From a bacterium (lineage in GTDB: Bacteria > Electryoneota > Electryoneia > Electryoneales > Electryoneaceae): a stretch of 64,000 nt of DNA. The position numbers were made by a program, and so were the translations under genes. Where the stretch lies: contig OY769902.1 of assembly GCA_963669175.1 (NCBI GenBank), positions 1,344,001-1,408,000 on the forward strand, read 5' to 3'. The notes beneath the pieces were generated by a model. The model was not told the DNA's origin. It ran no database searches and worked only from the letters and a program-made list of their open reading frames with translations. Positions 18,608 through 28,900 of this stretch are shown one piece after another. Numbering within the stretch: position 1 is the stretch's first letter; every line of letters starts with the position of its first letter.

Positions 18608-21384
18608 CTTGCTTGAACCAGCATCTCGCGTGAATTATAAATATTCTCCATTTCACTGATTACGCGATTTACTTTTTTAGTGTCCCCGGGTCCTTTCTGG
18701 CTGTGGAGTTCTGCTTCCGTTTCCCTGGCTAACACAGCCAGTTGTGAAAACCCATATCCACCAGCGCTTCCCTGCAACCTGTGGAACCTGACTTGCAATT
18801 CCTGGGCGTCCTGTTCCTTCATCAGTTTTTTCAGCTCTTTAATCATCAGTGGGAACGCGTTTACATATTCCAGAACCAGGGGGAGCATGTCCTGGTCTAT
18901 CGGGGGGGTATACGATACTTTGACGGATGAAACGGGTTTCGGTTTAGTCTTGGCAGCGCCATTCTGCTGGAGAAATGACAATAGCGTCTGGTACAATTCG
19001 GTACGATGAATTGGTTTTGTCAGGAAAGCGTCACAACCTGCCTTCAGGCTTCTGTTTCTATCTTCTTTAGTCGCCAGTGCGGTCAGGGCGATGACGGGTG
19101 ATTTATAACCCACAGCCCGTAACTGGGCAGTAGCTTCGTAGCCGTCCATTTCCGGCATGAGCATATCCATCAGCACAATATCATAGGGGTTGTCACGATC
19201 AAGGGATTTGATGGCCTTGTCAACAGCTTCGCGTCCGTTCGCTGCGTAGTCGGCCTTCATGCCTGCCTTTGACAGATAAAAGTCAATGATTTGCCGATTG
19301 TCGGCGCCATCTTCTGCTACAAGAACTCGAACTCCAGAAAGCTCGCGAAATTCTTCAAACTTGTCTTCTTCTTCCTTTTCGGTTCTGACAGGTGTTTCAC
19401 GGAAATTGTACTCAAAGGCACTGTCAAGCAGCAGATGGAATGTAAAAGAACTTCCTTTTCCCACTGCTGTCTCAACAACAATTTCACCACCCAGCAGATC
19501 GGCAAGTTGGCGAGCAATACTTAATCCCAGTCCGGTCCCTTCAGGCTTCATGATGTTGTCGGGTAGTTTCCCCTGAAAGAAAGGCGAGAAAACATCTTCC
19601 AGTAGTTCATCTGGGATACCGGGACCGGTGTCTTCAATTGTAACCTGTAGTTCAATATCATCTGAATTTACGGCAACCGGCACACATCTCGTCAAAATGT
19701 TGACATGACCGGATTCAGTATATTTGATCGCATTACTGACCAGGTTGATGAGAATCTGCCGGAAGCGTACCGGATCGGTAAGGATTGTCTCCGGAAGCGA
19801 GGTTTCATATTCTGTATTGAACGTCAGACTTTTCTCCTGTGCACGCACTCTCATTACAGAAGTTACATCTTCAATGATTTCAAATGGATTAACCTGCTGC
19901 CGTTCTATCTGCATATGGCCGGCTTCTATCTTGGACAGATCAAGGATGTCACTGATCAATGAATGAAGATGACGAGCATTTCTACGAAGATTGGCGCTAA
20001 TCTCTGTTGTGTGCGGGTTGGAAACTTCTACCGAGTCCAGCATTTCCGCATATCCGATGATCGCAGCCATGGGTGTCCGGATCTCGTGGCTCATGCGTGC
20101 CAGAAAATCGCTTTTGGATCGGTTGGCCGCATCGGCTTCGTCACGGGCCAGTTTCAGAGCAAATTCAGCCCGCTTGCGCTGGGTGATGTCTCGATACTGC
20201 CAGAGATGACCACGATAATCATGGTCGATAAAAATGGGGATATAGTCACGCTGATAGATGTGACCATCGGCAAGCTCTATCTCCTCGCCACGCACCGGTT
20301 TTTGCGCGGCCAGGATGCCATTGATGTTTTCAACGAATCTGTCCGGATCAGCGAACAACGCTTTCGTTTCTTCGGCAGATTTGCTGCAATCACTCCCGAT
20401 CAGGCTTTCAGGGGGAACAGGAATACCGAACAAGCTGCAGAATTCCTGGTTGACCAGGGCAATGTGCCTGGTTTCATCTTCAACCAATACGCCTGAATGC
20501 AGGTTCTGCAGCAGTGTTGACAGACGTAAGGCCAGCGCAGAACGCTTCTCCTCAGCCTGGAGTTTTACGATTACGTTGGCGACTTGCGCTGCAACGGCTT
20601 CCAGCATTGGCCGTGCGGTATAAGGGGTTGAGTCCAGAAAGCGCGACGCCATATTAAAACAGCCGATGACTTCACCCTGAAAACGAATGGGAACAATGGC
20701 TGTAGTAATCAAACTCTCCTGGCAAATCGGATGGTCCGGGGGAAAATCGGCGCAGGGATGGTAATCAAAAGCCGGTTTCTCTGCTTCGAACAATTTCCAC
20801 GCCGGATGGTCAGGCGTAACGTCGTGCAACTGCGTCATCACATCATTGGAGACACCTCTATAGGCGTATAATACAAATCGTCGCCTGTCGGTGTCTTTCA
20901 GGTAAATACCACCGACTTCCAGGCCGGAAAGCGACGTTGCTGCGTCAATACATGCAGGCAGGGCTTCGTCAAGACTGCGTGCAGAGGCCAGTGTCATGGC
21001 CAGATCCTGCTTGACCTTGATCAGGGCGCGAACCTGCCTGATTTCCGTCATGTCTTGCAGGAAACATAAGGCTGCGTCTTTCCCGTTCCAGGTAATTCGG
21101 GTCAATTTAGCTTCCAGCCAACGGTTCTCACCGCTACGGGCGACCATGCGGAACGAATAGTTCAAAGGAAAAGAAGAGATGGATCGAAGACTGTTTCCGC
21201 TCTGGAAAAGCCTCTCGCGATCATCGCTATGGACAAAATCAAGAAACCTTTTACCTTCCAGTTCCTCTTCTGAAAAACCGGAGAGAAGGGCTGCCTGCGG
21301 GTTGGCGAGACGAATTCGCGGTCCCTGAATAATGATAATCGCATCGTGAGAGTGTTCAACGATGTCCCTGAATGCGTCGTGCAT
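18604..21384 (-). CDS. PAS-GAF-PAS hybrid histidine kinase with REC and Hpt
   Basis: FLARMSHEIRTPM, NLVSNAIKY, GTGLGLSI, REC domain, Hpt motif FHRLQGSAGGYG. Confidence 0.92.
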   Translation of the reverse strand: MHDAFRDIVEHSHDAIIIIQGPRIRLANPQAALLSGFSEEELEGKRFLDFVHSDDRERLFQSGNSLRSISSFPLNYSFRMVARSGENRWLEAKLTRITWNGKDAALCFLQDMTEIRQVRALIKVKQDLAMTLASARSLDEALPACIDAATSLSGLEVGGIYLKDTDRRRFVLYAYRGVSNDVMTQLHDVTPDHPAWKLFEAEKPAFDYHPCADFPPDHPICQESLITTAIVPIRFQGEVIGCFNMASRFLDSTPYTARPMLEAVAAQVANVIVKLQAEEKRSALALRLSTLLQNLHSGVLVEDETRHIALVNQEFCSLFGIPVPPESLIGSDCSKSAEETKALFADPDRFVENINGILAAQKPVRGEEIELADGHIYQRDYIPIFIDHDYRGHLWQYRDITQRKRAEFALKLARDEADAANRSKSDFLARMSHEIRTPMAAIIGYAEMLDSVEVSNPHTTEISANLRRNARHLHSLISDILDLSKIEAGHMQIERQQVNPFEIIEDVTSVMRVRAQEKSLTFNTEYETSLPETILTDPVRFRQILINLVSNAIKYTESGHVNILTRCVPVAVNSDDIELQVTIEDTGPGIPDELLEDVFSPFFQGKLPDNIMKPEGTGLGLSIARQLADLLGGEIVVETAVGKGSSFTFHLLLDSAFEYNFRETPVRTEKEEEDKFEEFRELSGVRVLVAEDGADNRQIIDFYLSKAGMKADYAANGREAVDKAIKSLDRDNPYDIVLMDMLMPEMDGYEATAQLRAVGYKSPVIALTALATKEDRNRSLKAGCDAFLTKPIHRTELYQTLLSFLQQNGAAKTKPKPVSSVKVSYTPPIDQDMLPLVLEYVNAFPLMIKELKKLMKEQDAQELQVRFHRLQGSAGGYGFSQLAVLARETEAELHSQKGPGDTKKVNRVISEMENIYNSREMLVQAS

Positions 21385-21449
21385 GGCAAAATCTCACGTA
21401 ACTTACTCTGTCCCAAAAAGGGACAACCTTAACAATTCTATTTAGTAGA

Positions 21450-21466
21450 AACAAACGAAGTGCCAG
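21450..21466 (-). promoter_or_regulatory. Possible sigma54 promoter upstream of the hybrid kinase
   Basis: Minus strand TGGCAC-TTCGT-TTGT; consensus is TGGCAC-N5-TTGC, so the -12 C is mismatched. Confidence 0.3.
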
Positions 21467-21607
21467 TTTCTCATTCTCTCAGGCTACGGCAAAGTTGTAG
21501 TGAGTTTTCACGTTGATGAACAGGCAGTGCATCACGCTGGAACGGGAACCGGAAAGCGCCGTAGCTCAACGGACAGAGGGGGGGCGCCCTTAAACCAGAC
21601 GTGGAAC

Positions 21608-21739
21608 TCCGGGAGTGAACCTGAGGGGCATGGCAAGCTGTTCTACCTGCGCCAGTCCCATTCTGATTAACTCAGGGGAAAGTTTGATCAATAGCTGTTA
21701 CCGCTGAATCCTGTGCCGTACTCAGGTTTTCGCTTGGGA
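21608..21739. ncRNA. Candidate structured rod-like RNA
   Basis: AACCTGAG/CTCAGGTT, GGCATGG/CTGTGCC and AGCTGTT/AATAGCT nested pairings in an intergenic region. Confidence 0.25.
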
Positions 21740-21745
21740 AAGCTC

Positions 21746-22252
21746 TTACCTGGCCTTTATAACCAGGTCGATCCGGTTGTACTTGTGTTTCGGATTCAGG
21801 CCACGATGCAACCGCAAAACCGTCTGTCCGGAAGAAAGAACCTTGAACCGGTAATAGGTTTTTCCTTCACCGACCATGCGGCCTTCGGTGGAATCATCCT
21901 GTTTGAAGAAAGCATCTTCCGGGTGCAACATGGCGCTGTCCAGATCAGCTACACGCCAGCGTTGACCGATAACCATGTTGTCTTCTACTTCCACACACAG
22001 GATTTTTCCCTTCTGAACCGTGATCGAATCCAGAGAATCCGTGAGGAGGATTCTGCATTCGTCATCGCCGATGCATCCCTCATGCCATCGAAAAACACCG
22101 GGAAGCTTGTCCGGGAGACGATTCTCCACGAACTGCAGCGTATCGGATGGAACTTCTTGTAGTGTGCCGTTTTCAGGAGAAGATTGCTTGTTGCTGCACC
22201 CTGCGCAAAGAAAAACAACTCCTGCAACAATAAAAAAAACAAACTTTCGCAT
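21746..22252 (-). CDS. Lipoprotein with chagasin/I42 protease-inhibitor-like domain
   Basis: Lipobox CAGC after MRKFVFFIVAGVVFL; C-terminal EDNMVIGQRW...GRMVGEG..YYRFK....G.T.L.L pattern. Confidence 0.55.
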   Translation of the reverse strand: MRKFVFFIVAGVVFLCAGCSNKQSSPENGTLQEVPSDTLQFVENRLPDKLPGVFRWHEGCIGDDECRILLTDSLDSITVQKGKILCVEVEDNMVIGQRWRVADLDSAMLHPEDAFFKQDDSTEGRMVGEGKTYYRFKVLSSGQTVLRLHRGLNPKHKYNRIDLVIKAR

Positions 22253-22384
22253 GGTAGTTCCCGTAAAAATCAACCGCCTCAATATAGGGCTTTTTCCAGG
22301 ATGGGCCAATCCAGACGGGCTCGACCGAAGGTGGTTTTCCGTGAAAGGAAATCCTTGTATCTTACGCTTCAACATGGAGGAGAC

Positions 22385-23179
22385 ATGAGCGACCAGCAGA
22401 AAACCAACCCATGGGATGCCCTGGCCTTTGATTATGACGAACGTGAAGGGTTTCTGAACGACGACCTTTTACACCAGGCGGTCAAACTGTTGCCGGAACC
22501 GGAAGTGGACGGCCCGATTCTTGTCGCCGGGGCCGGTACCGGTGGTGAATTGCCGTTGCTGGTAAAGAAATTCCCGAACGCCCGGTTCCTGGCCTCGGAT
22601 GTATCCCCAGGCATGGTGAAGATGATGGACTATCGCATCAAATCGGCCGGTTGGGAAGATCGTTTCGAAACGGAAGCCTGCGATGTGCTGGCGTTACCAC
22701 GAGAAAAGGCGGCGCTGTCCATGTCACTCCTGATGATTCATACCTTGAAGGATCCAATTGCCGGAGCGTTGGCGCAATACGGCTCCCTGCTGCCGGGTGG
22801 TACGCTTTTCCTGCTCTATTTTCCGCCGAAACCCGAACCGGGCGGGCCGCTCGCCGGGTTGTACGAGGCGGCGCGTACGCTTTTTCCGAAACCGGATCCG
22901 ACCTGGGAAGAAGAGCTGATCCATGACCTGGAAACGGCTGGCGCGGAAGCCATTACGAAAGAAACCCTCGCCTCAACCTGGTCTTTCCAGACGCCGAAGG
23001 ATTTTTGTGACACGATGGAGCGCCTGCCCAACAACCAGGCCGTGATCCGCAAACGTGGGCACGACTTCTTCGACCGAATCTGGCATGTCTGGACAGCGAA
23101 CATGGGACTGTCGCTCGAGATGGGACGCTGGTCCGGCCCGGTCTATGCCCGACTGGTAACCGCACGGAAACCGTTGTGA
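22385..23179 (+). CDS. Class I SAM-dependent methyltransferase
   Basis: ILVAGAGTG, ASDVSPGM, LLPGG. SD GGAGGAG before ATG 22385. Confidence 0.82.
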   Translation: MSDQQKTNPWDALAFDYDEREGFLNDDLLHQAVKLLPEPEVDGPILVAGAGTGGELPLLVKKFPNARFLASDVSPGMVKMMDYRIKSAGWEDRFETEACDVLALPREKAALSMSLLMIHTLKDPIAGALAQYGSLLPGGTLFLLYFPPKPEPGGPLAGLYEAARTLFPKPDPTWEEELIHDLETAGAEAITKETLASTWSFQTPKDFCDTMERLPNNQAVIRKRGHDFFDRIWHVWTANMGLSLEMGRWSGPVYARLVTARKPL

Positions 23180-23197
23180 AGAGACCGGAAATGAGGC

Positions 23198-23231
23198 AGC
23201 GCCCCGTCATCGGCTTGCTTGACAGGGCGCT
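23198..23231. terminator. Hairpin between convergent genes
   Basis: AGCGCCCCGTCA...TGACAGGGCGCT stem. Confidence 0.5.
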
Positions 23232-23263
23232 ACAGGATTGACAGATATCACAATACTACACGG

Positions 23264-23502
23264 TTACTTCACTAAAACCATGCGCTTCATGTCGGTAAAT
23301 GAACCTGCCTCGATCCGGTAGAAATACATCCCGCTGGCCAGTGCGCTCGCGTCGAAGGTGACACTGTGCGTTCCCGCCTGCATCGGACGATCCACCAACT
23401 GCGCCACTTCCTGCCCCATGATGTTGTACACCGACAATTTCACCATCTCCGGACGCATCAGGTCAAAGCTCAATGTCGTCGTCGGGTTGAAGGGGTTCGG
23501 GA
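23264..23502 (-). pseudogene. Orphan C-terminal sorting domain (T9SS type A-like) cassette 1
   Basis: FPNPFNPTTTLSF...LASGMYFY...KRMVLVK with no signal peptide or cargo domain; joined to a non-coding repeat at 23503. Confidence 0.8.
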
Positions 23503-24019
23503 AGTGTTTGAAGCAAGGCAAAAAAGAGAAGGGTAGAAATTTCAGAAAATCAAGAGGATGATGGCGACTATTTTCAACAAAAGCTAACACAATATGTTAC
23601 AAGGACAAAAACTACCGTCTGTCCCTAGTTTCTCTAGTTTCTACATGATCACTTCACCAGTACCATCCGTTTCATGTCGGTGAATGAGCCTGCTTCGATC
23701 CGGTAGAAGTACATCCCGCTGGCCAGTGCGCTCGCGTCGAAGGTGACACTGTGCGTTCCCGCCTGCATCGGACGATCCACCAACTGCGCCACTTCCTGCC
23801 CCATGATGTTGTACACCGACAGCTTCACCATCTCCGGACGTACCAGGTCAAAGCTCAGAGTCGTGGTCGGATTGAAGGCGTTGGGATAGTGTTTGAAGCA
23901 AGGCAAAAAAGAGAAGGGTAGAAATTTTAGAAAATCAAGAGGATGATGGCGACTATTTTCAACAAAAGCTAACACAATATGTTACAAGGACAAAAACTAC
24001 CGTCTGTCCCTAGTTTCTC
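23503..24019. repeat. 132-bp direct repeat (23503-23634 and 23888-24019) ending in the 23-bp site
   Basis: Copies 385 bp apart with one mismatch seen. Confidence 0.9.
23649..23887 (-). pseudogene. Orphan C-terminal sorting domain cassette 2
   Basis: YPNAFNPTTTLSF...KRMVLVK, a paralog of cassette 1 with mostly synonymous differences. Confidence 0.8.
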
Positions 24020-24247
24020 AGGACAAAAACTACCGTCTGTCCCTAGTTTCTCACTAGTTTCTCACCGTCTGTCCCTAGTTTCTCTAGACCCCCCTCTACG
24101 CTATCGGTATGATCATCGCTGTCGGTTCCGCTGCATGGATCATCCGTGGCTGGTATGGGCTGTATTTCGGGATGTAGGAATTCTTGCCCGATCCTCCATC
24201 TGTCGCTGGTTTTTCCGAATACACCCTCATTACTGATCCCATTCTCC

Positions 24248-24768
24248 TGTCATCCCCGGCCCAATTCCCATGCCATCCCCGGCCTCATTCCATGTCATCC
24301 CCGGCTTGAACGGGGATCTCAGCAGACTAAGGCGTGGCCCGACTGCTTGCTGTCAGGTTTCAGAGGCAAAGCGCGTCCCGTTCCCCTGTCATCCCCGGCT
24401 TGAACGGGGATCTCAGCAGACTAAGGCGTGGCCCGACTGCTTGCTGTCGGGTTTCAGAGGCAAAGCGCGTCCCGTTCCCATGTCATCCCCGGCCCAATTC
24501 CCATGCCATCCCCGGCCTCATTCCATGCCATCCCCGGCTTGAACGGGGATCTCAGCAGACTAAGGCGTGGCCCGACTGCTTGCTGTCGGGTTTCAGAGGC
24601 AAAGCGCGTCCCGTTCCCATGTCATCCCCGGCCCAATTCCCATGCCATCCCCGGCCTCATTCCATGTCATCCCCGGCTTGAACGGGGATCTCAGCAGACT
24701 AAGGCGTGGCCCGACTGCTTGCTGTCAGGTTTCAGAGGCAAAGCGCGTCCCGTTCCCCTGTCATCCCC
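24248..24768. repeat. Composite tandem array of REP-like palindromic units
   Basis: Units a (23 bp), b (22 bp) and C (94 bp) in order a-b-C-C-a-b-C-a-b-C, each starting TG(T/C)CATCCCCGGC. C contains the hairpin ATCCCCG-GCTTGAA-CGGGGAT. Confidence 0.92.
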
Positions 24769-25138
24769 TCCCCGAATGTTGTGGTCGAGGATCTACCGGA
24801 GATCTCGAGGATACAGTATAAATGCTGAATTCACAATGTGTTGTTTCACGCAAAGCCGCAAAGAGCGCAAAGGAAGAAAACAAGAAAAACATGGCGGGTG
24901 GCCCTATTCGCACGTGATGATTTGAAGTCCATAAGGTTGATGGATACTTTGTTGAAGCAACAATACACGACGCAGCATGGAGTGAATAGGGACGGAGATT
25001 GGCCTGGGGAGCTGTTTGAGGCTTTATACATTATCCCGATGCGCTTATGAGGATTGGACGAGATAAAGGATACAGTGAGAGTTTTTCTGCTGAAATGCGA
25101 AAAGAAGCTGTATCACTTGGGCATCGGACTCCCGTCAA

Positions 25139-25870
25139 TCAAATGAGTATGTTATCCGTATTTAAAAAACTACCGTCTGTCCCTAGTTTTTCTCCAATAC
25201 CATCCAAGTCACCATTTCCACTTATTGCCATTATCACATTATTTTTTATTTGAGGGCGGGAGCTTGGATTCTGATCTGTTATACTTACTCCCTTTCCGCA
25301 TTGATATATAGTCGAGTATTCAACAAGAATCGAGTTGTTATATTCCTGATCCCCGTGAGCGACACCAACGGCAGCGCCAAGACAAGAGTCAATCTCACAG
25401 GAATCCACTTCAACGGTAGCATATTCCCATAAAACAATCGGACCAGAAGGATTCTGGTAAGCAGTTTCCTGATCGCCACCATGCTTGATCACACAATGGC
25501 GAAAGGTTCCTGTTGCTATGGCAAGTGTGTCACCATTGAATTTGATAGATCCCCAGGAACCAATTGACGAGGTTGTGCCACAGAAAGTGATTGGATTTTC
25601 CTCTGTGCCGGAAGCGGTCAAGGTTGCGCCGCCGTCGATGATGAGGGAGTTATCAACCGCAAACTTGACAGTCGTGCCTGCTTGGATCGTCAGCATCCCG
25701 GACGTCAGACGCACTTCGTCATTGAGGTTGTTGATGATCCAGGTCCGGTCATTGCCCCAAGTCGCGGGGCCGGCGATGCTGTCTGCGGACACCAAGCTGT
25801 CCGGCTGGGCGAACGTGATGGCGCTGACCGCGAGGAGCACGATCAACAGGAGGAAGGTTTTCCTCAGCAT
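25139..25870 (-). pseudogene. Secreted right-handed beta-helix protein truncated at the 23-bp site
   Basis: Signal peptide MLRKTFLLL..., LTIQAGTTVKF...A.GTEENPITF...WGSI module like neighbouring genes. The frame enters the site at 25189 (KLGTDGSF) and stops soon after, with no CTD. Confidence 0.75.
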
Positions 25871-25971
25871 AAGCAACTCCTATCTTCTTGTAGATCAACA
25901 CTTCAGTGTTGATCCGTTGGAACACCGTGCGGGACTGGTCTGGCAACTGGATTCCGCGCGGTGTTTTTTTG

Positions 25972-28900
25972 TCACTTGATAAGCAATACGCGAGTCGTCC
26001 TGACTTCCTTTCTTGTCTTAAGTTGCACGAAATAGACACCCGAGGCTAGGCCAGAAGTGTCATACGATTTTAGATGTACACCGGCTTGGAGTTGAGGCCA
26101 GTCTATTGTGAAAACGGGTTGTCCAAGGATATTGAATAGTGCGAGCTGTACCGTGGTTTGGCATGGTAGCGCGAATACCACCGTCTGTCTTGAGTTGAAG
26201 GGATTGGGGTATACCGAATCAAGGATGAACCTCTCAGGAATATCAAGATGCTCCTGATACACCGAGAGTGGATATGTATAGCTCATGCCAAATGGCCCAC
26301 CCCACAAGCCGATATCATTACGAGTGCTGTCCAGATCGAAATAGGCGGTGTCTGGACACCCTGCATTGATCAAGGGCGATAGGTCATAGAGGAAAAAGTC
26401 CGTGGTATCAGCAAAGAGCGGATCTACAAATAAGTTTGTGCTATCCAGTTCAACATCAGGTGCTATCGAGTCATTATTGAAAAAACAATTATAATGAAAA
26501 TTATCAAGTAAAACACCAACATCTTCTGTTCGTACTGAAATACTATTACCATAAAATGCGTTATTAATGATATCAGGAAGAAGATCACCGTCATGATATT
26601 GCCATACTACCAAGCCAGATCCTTCTCCATAAAAGATATTGTTACTTATTAACAAATCATAATAATTATGTAATGATATTAATCCTATAGAACGCTGACT
26701 ATTATTACCAAAAAATAAATTATTAGAAATATGCCCTGTAAGCATATGATCAAAATTAACACCAGTACCAGGATTATAGAATCTGTTATTGATAATTTCA
26801 GCATGTCCCCCACCCAGATGTATAGCTGCCATGTCAACAAATAGATTGCCTTTAATCGACAATTCTGCTGCATAGCCATTTACACCAGCACCGTTCAAAT
26901 AAGAGTTATGTAGACTAAATCTCCCTGAATAGCAGTATAAAAAGGTAAATGTTCCGCCTTGTATCTGGATAAATTCAGAAGAATCAATATCTACAGTTGA
27001 ATGTCTTATCATATGAATGCTTTCATAATTGTCTGTGAGTCTGGAATGGCGGATAACTAGGTGTGTAGAATCGAGATTTGCTGCATAGGTCGGATACTCT
27101 GCAACTACGTATCGAAAATGTGACGTATCTGTGTGGCTGTAGAAATAAATCCCTCGAAAGCCGCCCACCATGGTAATACTATCAGCAGTGACAAAACGAA
27201 TGCCATCCTGTACAGTCCCCTCCGCAATCAACCTCCCATACACATCCAATCCAATGCGCTGCTCTGGATCTTCCACATATCTGAACTGCAATTCACACCC
27301 CGGTTCGATGACAAGGCTATCGCCTTCGGAGACGATGATATCTTCGACTACGTAGAACGGACTGTCTTCCACATACAAAATCCCGCTGATCTCACCACTC
27401 AGCAGCGTACGCTGGTCCACATCCACTGAGACGATTGATGAGTCTGTCTGCCCTTCGCCGTCTTCCACAATCACAGAAAAACTGAAGTCTTCGGCGTCTT
27501 CGGGTACAATTCCCGAGACGGCCGTCGTGTCGCTGACCCAATCCAGCTCGTCCTCTTCGGTCAGCCACTCGGGCAAGTCAGGAAAGGTGAAGTCAAATGG
27601 GCCGCTGTCATCGGTTGCAGTGATCTGGATACGGAGCGGTTGCCCGGTTTGGGCGAATACCTCTTCAGGGATGGTCTGGACTGGCGGGTTATCTATAGTT
27701 TGGTTGTAGTAGAAGCACCCGATATCGGCTCGAGTGTCGTCGGGATCGTCAGGGCTGTCAGGATCACCGGCGTCAATGCACGGGCTGCTGGCCTGCAACG
27801 AATAATCAAAGGGAATGCCGCCAGCCAGGTAAGGATCAGTAACCAAATTCGTTTCATCCAGTTCGAATCCGAAGACTGCGGCAGTGATATCCCCGAAACA
27901 ATTGTACTGGACACTAACAGGAACAGCGCCCACACGGCACTGAATTCCAGTGGCATTTACATTGTCACCAAGAAAAATGTTGTTCCGGAATGTGGTTGTA
28001 TCCGCATCCGACACTTCAACCCCATAACGCCGAAAACGGACAGTATTATTAAAAAAAGTCATATCTGTATTGGAACAGCATTGGACGCCATCTTGTTGGC
28101 CATAAATTACATTCCCTGACATCTCAACATGACTGTATGATAAATCTACAGCGCAAGCTAGAGGCGACACAATGATATTGTTCTGTAAAGTGCCTGATAC
28201 TTCACATATTTCGATGGCTTCAAGTACATTATTAATGATTGTCACATTGCATTCAGTGGCATATAATCCCTGGTCTTGACCGGCTCCCTGGATAGTATTG
28301 CCTGATATAACATATTCACCCCAATAGAAATCAACATTCAACATCGTGTTGTTGATTACATAAGCATTGCTTCTGTAAAGCTCAACCAAACCAAGTGTAT
28401 TGTTCTCTATATATGCTTCATAATAATCAGTATCAACATGCAGGTTAGCATTGGGCGTACTGTTGTCGATGATAAGAACCGGGCCTTCGCTGTTAATTGT
28501 AATCGTATGTGATGTCGCTGGCGGCACTGCGTCGAACTCGTTGTGACTGAGGGTGTCCACTCCAAACCAGGTTCTGTACGCCATGGTAGTGGCACATTCA
28601 ATACGACTATTAGTTATAGTGGTCTCACAATACCATAAATCAACAGGAAGCGATGCTTCTTCGACAACGCAATATTCGAGTTTAAGGCGCCTGATTGACT
28701 CTGTATTTGGTGAAGAGAAACCAGCGAATGGGTAGTCCTCGGAAGCAAAGTAGATTGAATCTCCCTGTTCACCTTGTGCGAATAACGCACCTAACACAAT
28801 TATTGCGTATTGGTTTGTACTGTCCTGATCCTGAAACTCAACTGTCACTCCCGGCTCGATTAGGAGCGTATCGCCTTCGGGGACGATCAGGGTGTCGGTG

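Larger units (their letters stand above)
23609..25189 (+). repeat. Dispersed 23-bp site AAACTACCGTCTGTCCCTAGTTT (4 full copies plus partials)
   Basis: Full copies at 23609-23631, 23994-24016, 24027-24049 and 25167-25189; partial at 24064-24084 plus CTAGTTTCT stutters. All in the same orientation. Confidence 0.92.

Noticed and set aside
21556-21630. Functional tRNA
   Set aside because: No anticodon stem, T-arm or complementary 3' acceptor strand found.
23575-23603. XerCD dif site
   Set aside because: ATATGTTACAA resembles a XerD arm, but there is no XerC arm at the proper spacing.
23264-23887. Diversity-generating retroelement TR/VR pair
   Set aside because: Differences are mostly synonymous and not adenine-specific; no reverse transcriptase in the window.
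23264-23975. Two intact 108-aa genes from the ORF track
   Set aside because: Their N-termini are read-through of a non-coding repeat with no signal peptide; treated as CTD fragments.
24248-24768. CRISPR array
   Set aside because: Sequences between repeats are identical rather than unique spacers, and there are no cas genes.
24146-24925. Overlapping plus-strand ORFs in the tandem array
   Set aside because: Stop-free frames produced by GC-rich repeats, with no protein features.
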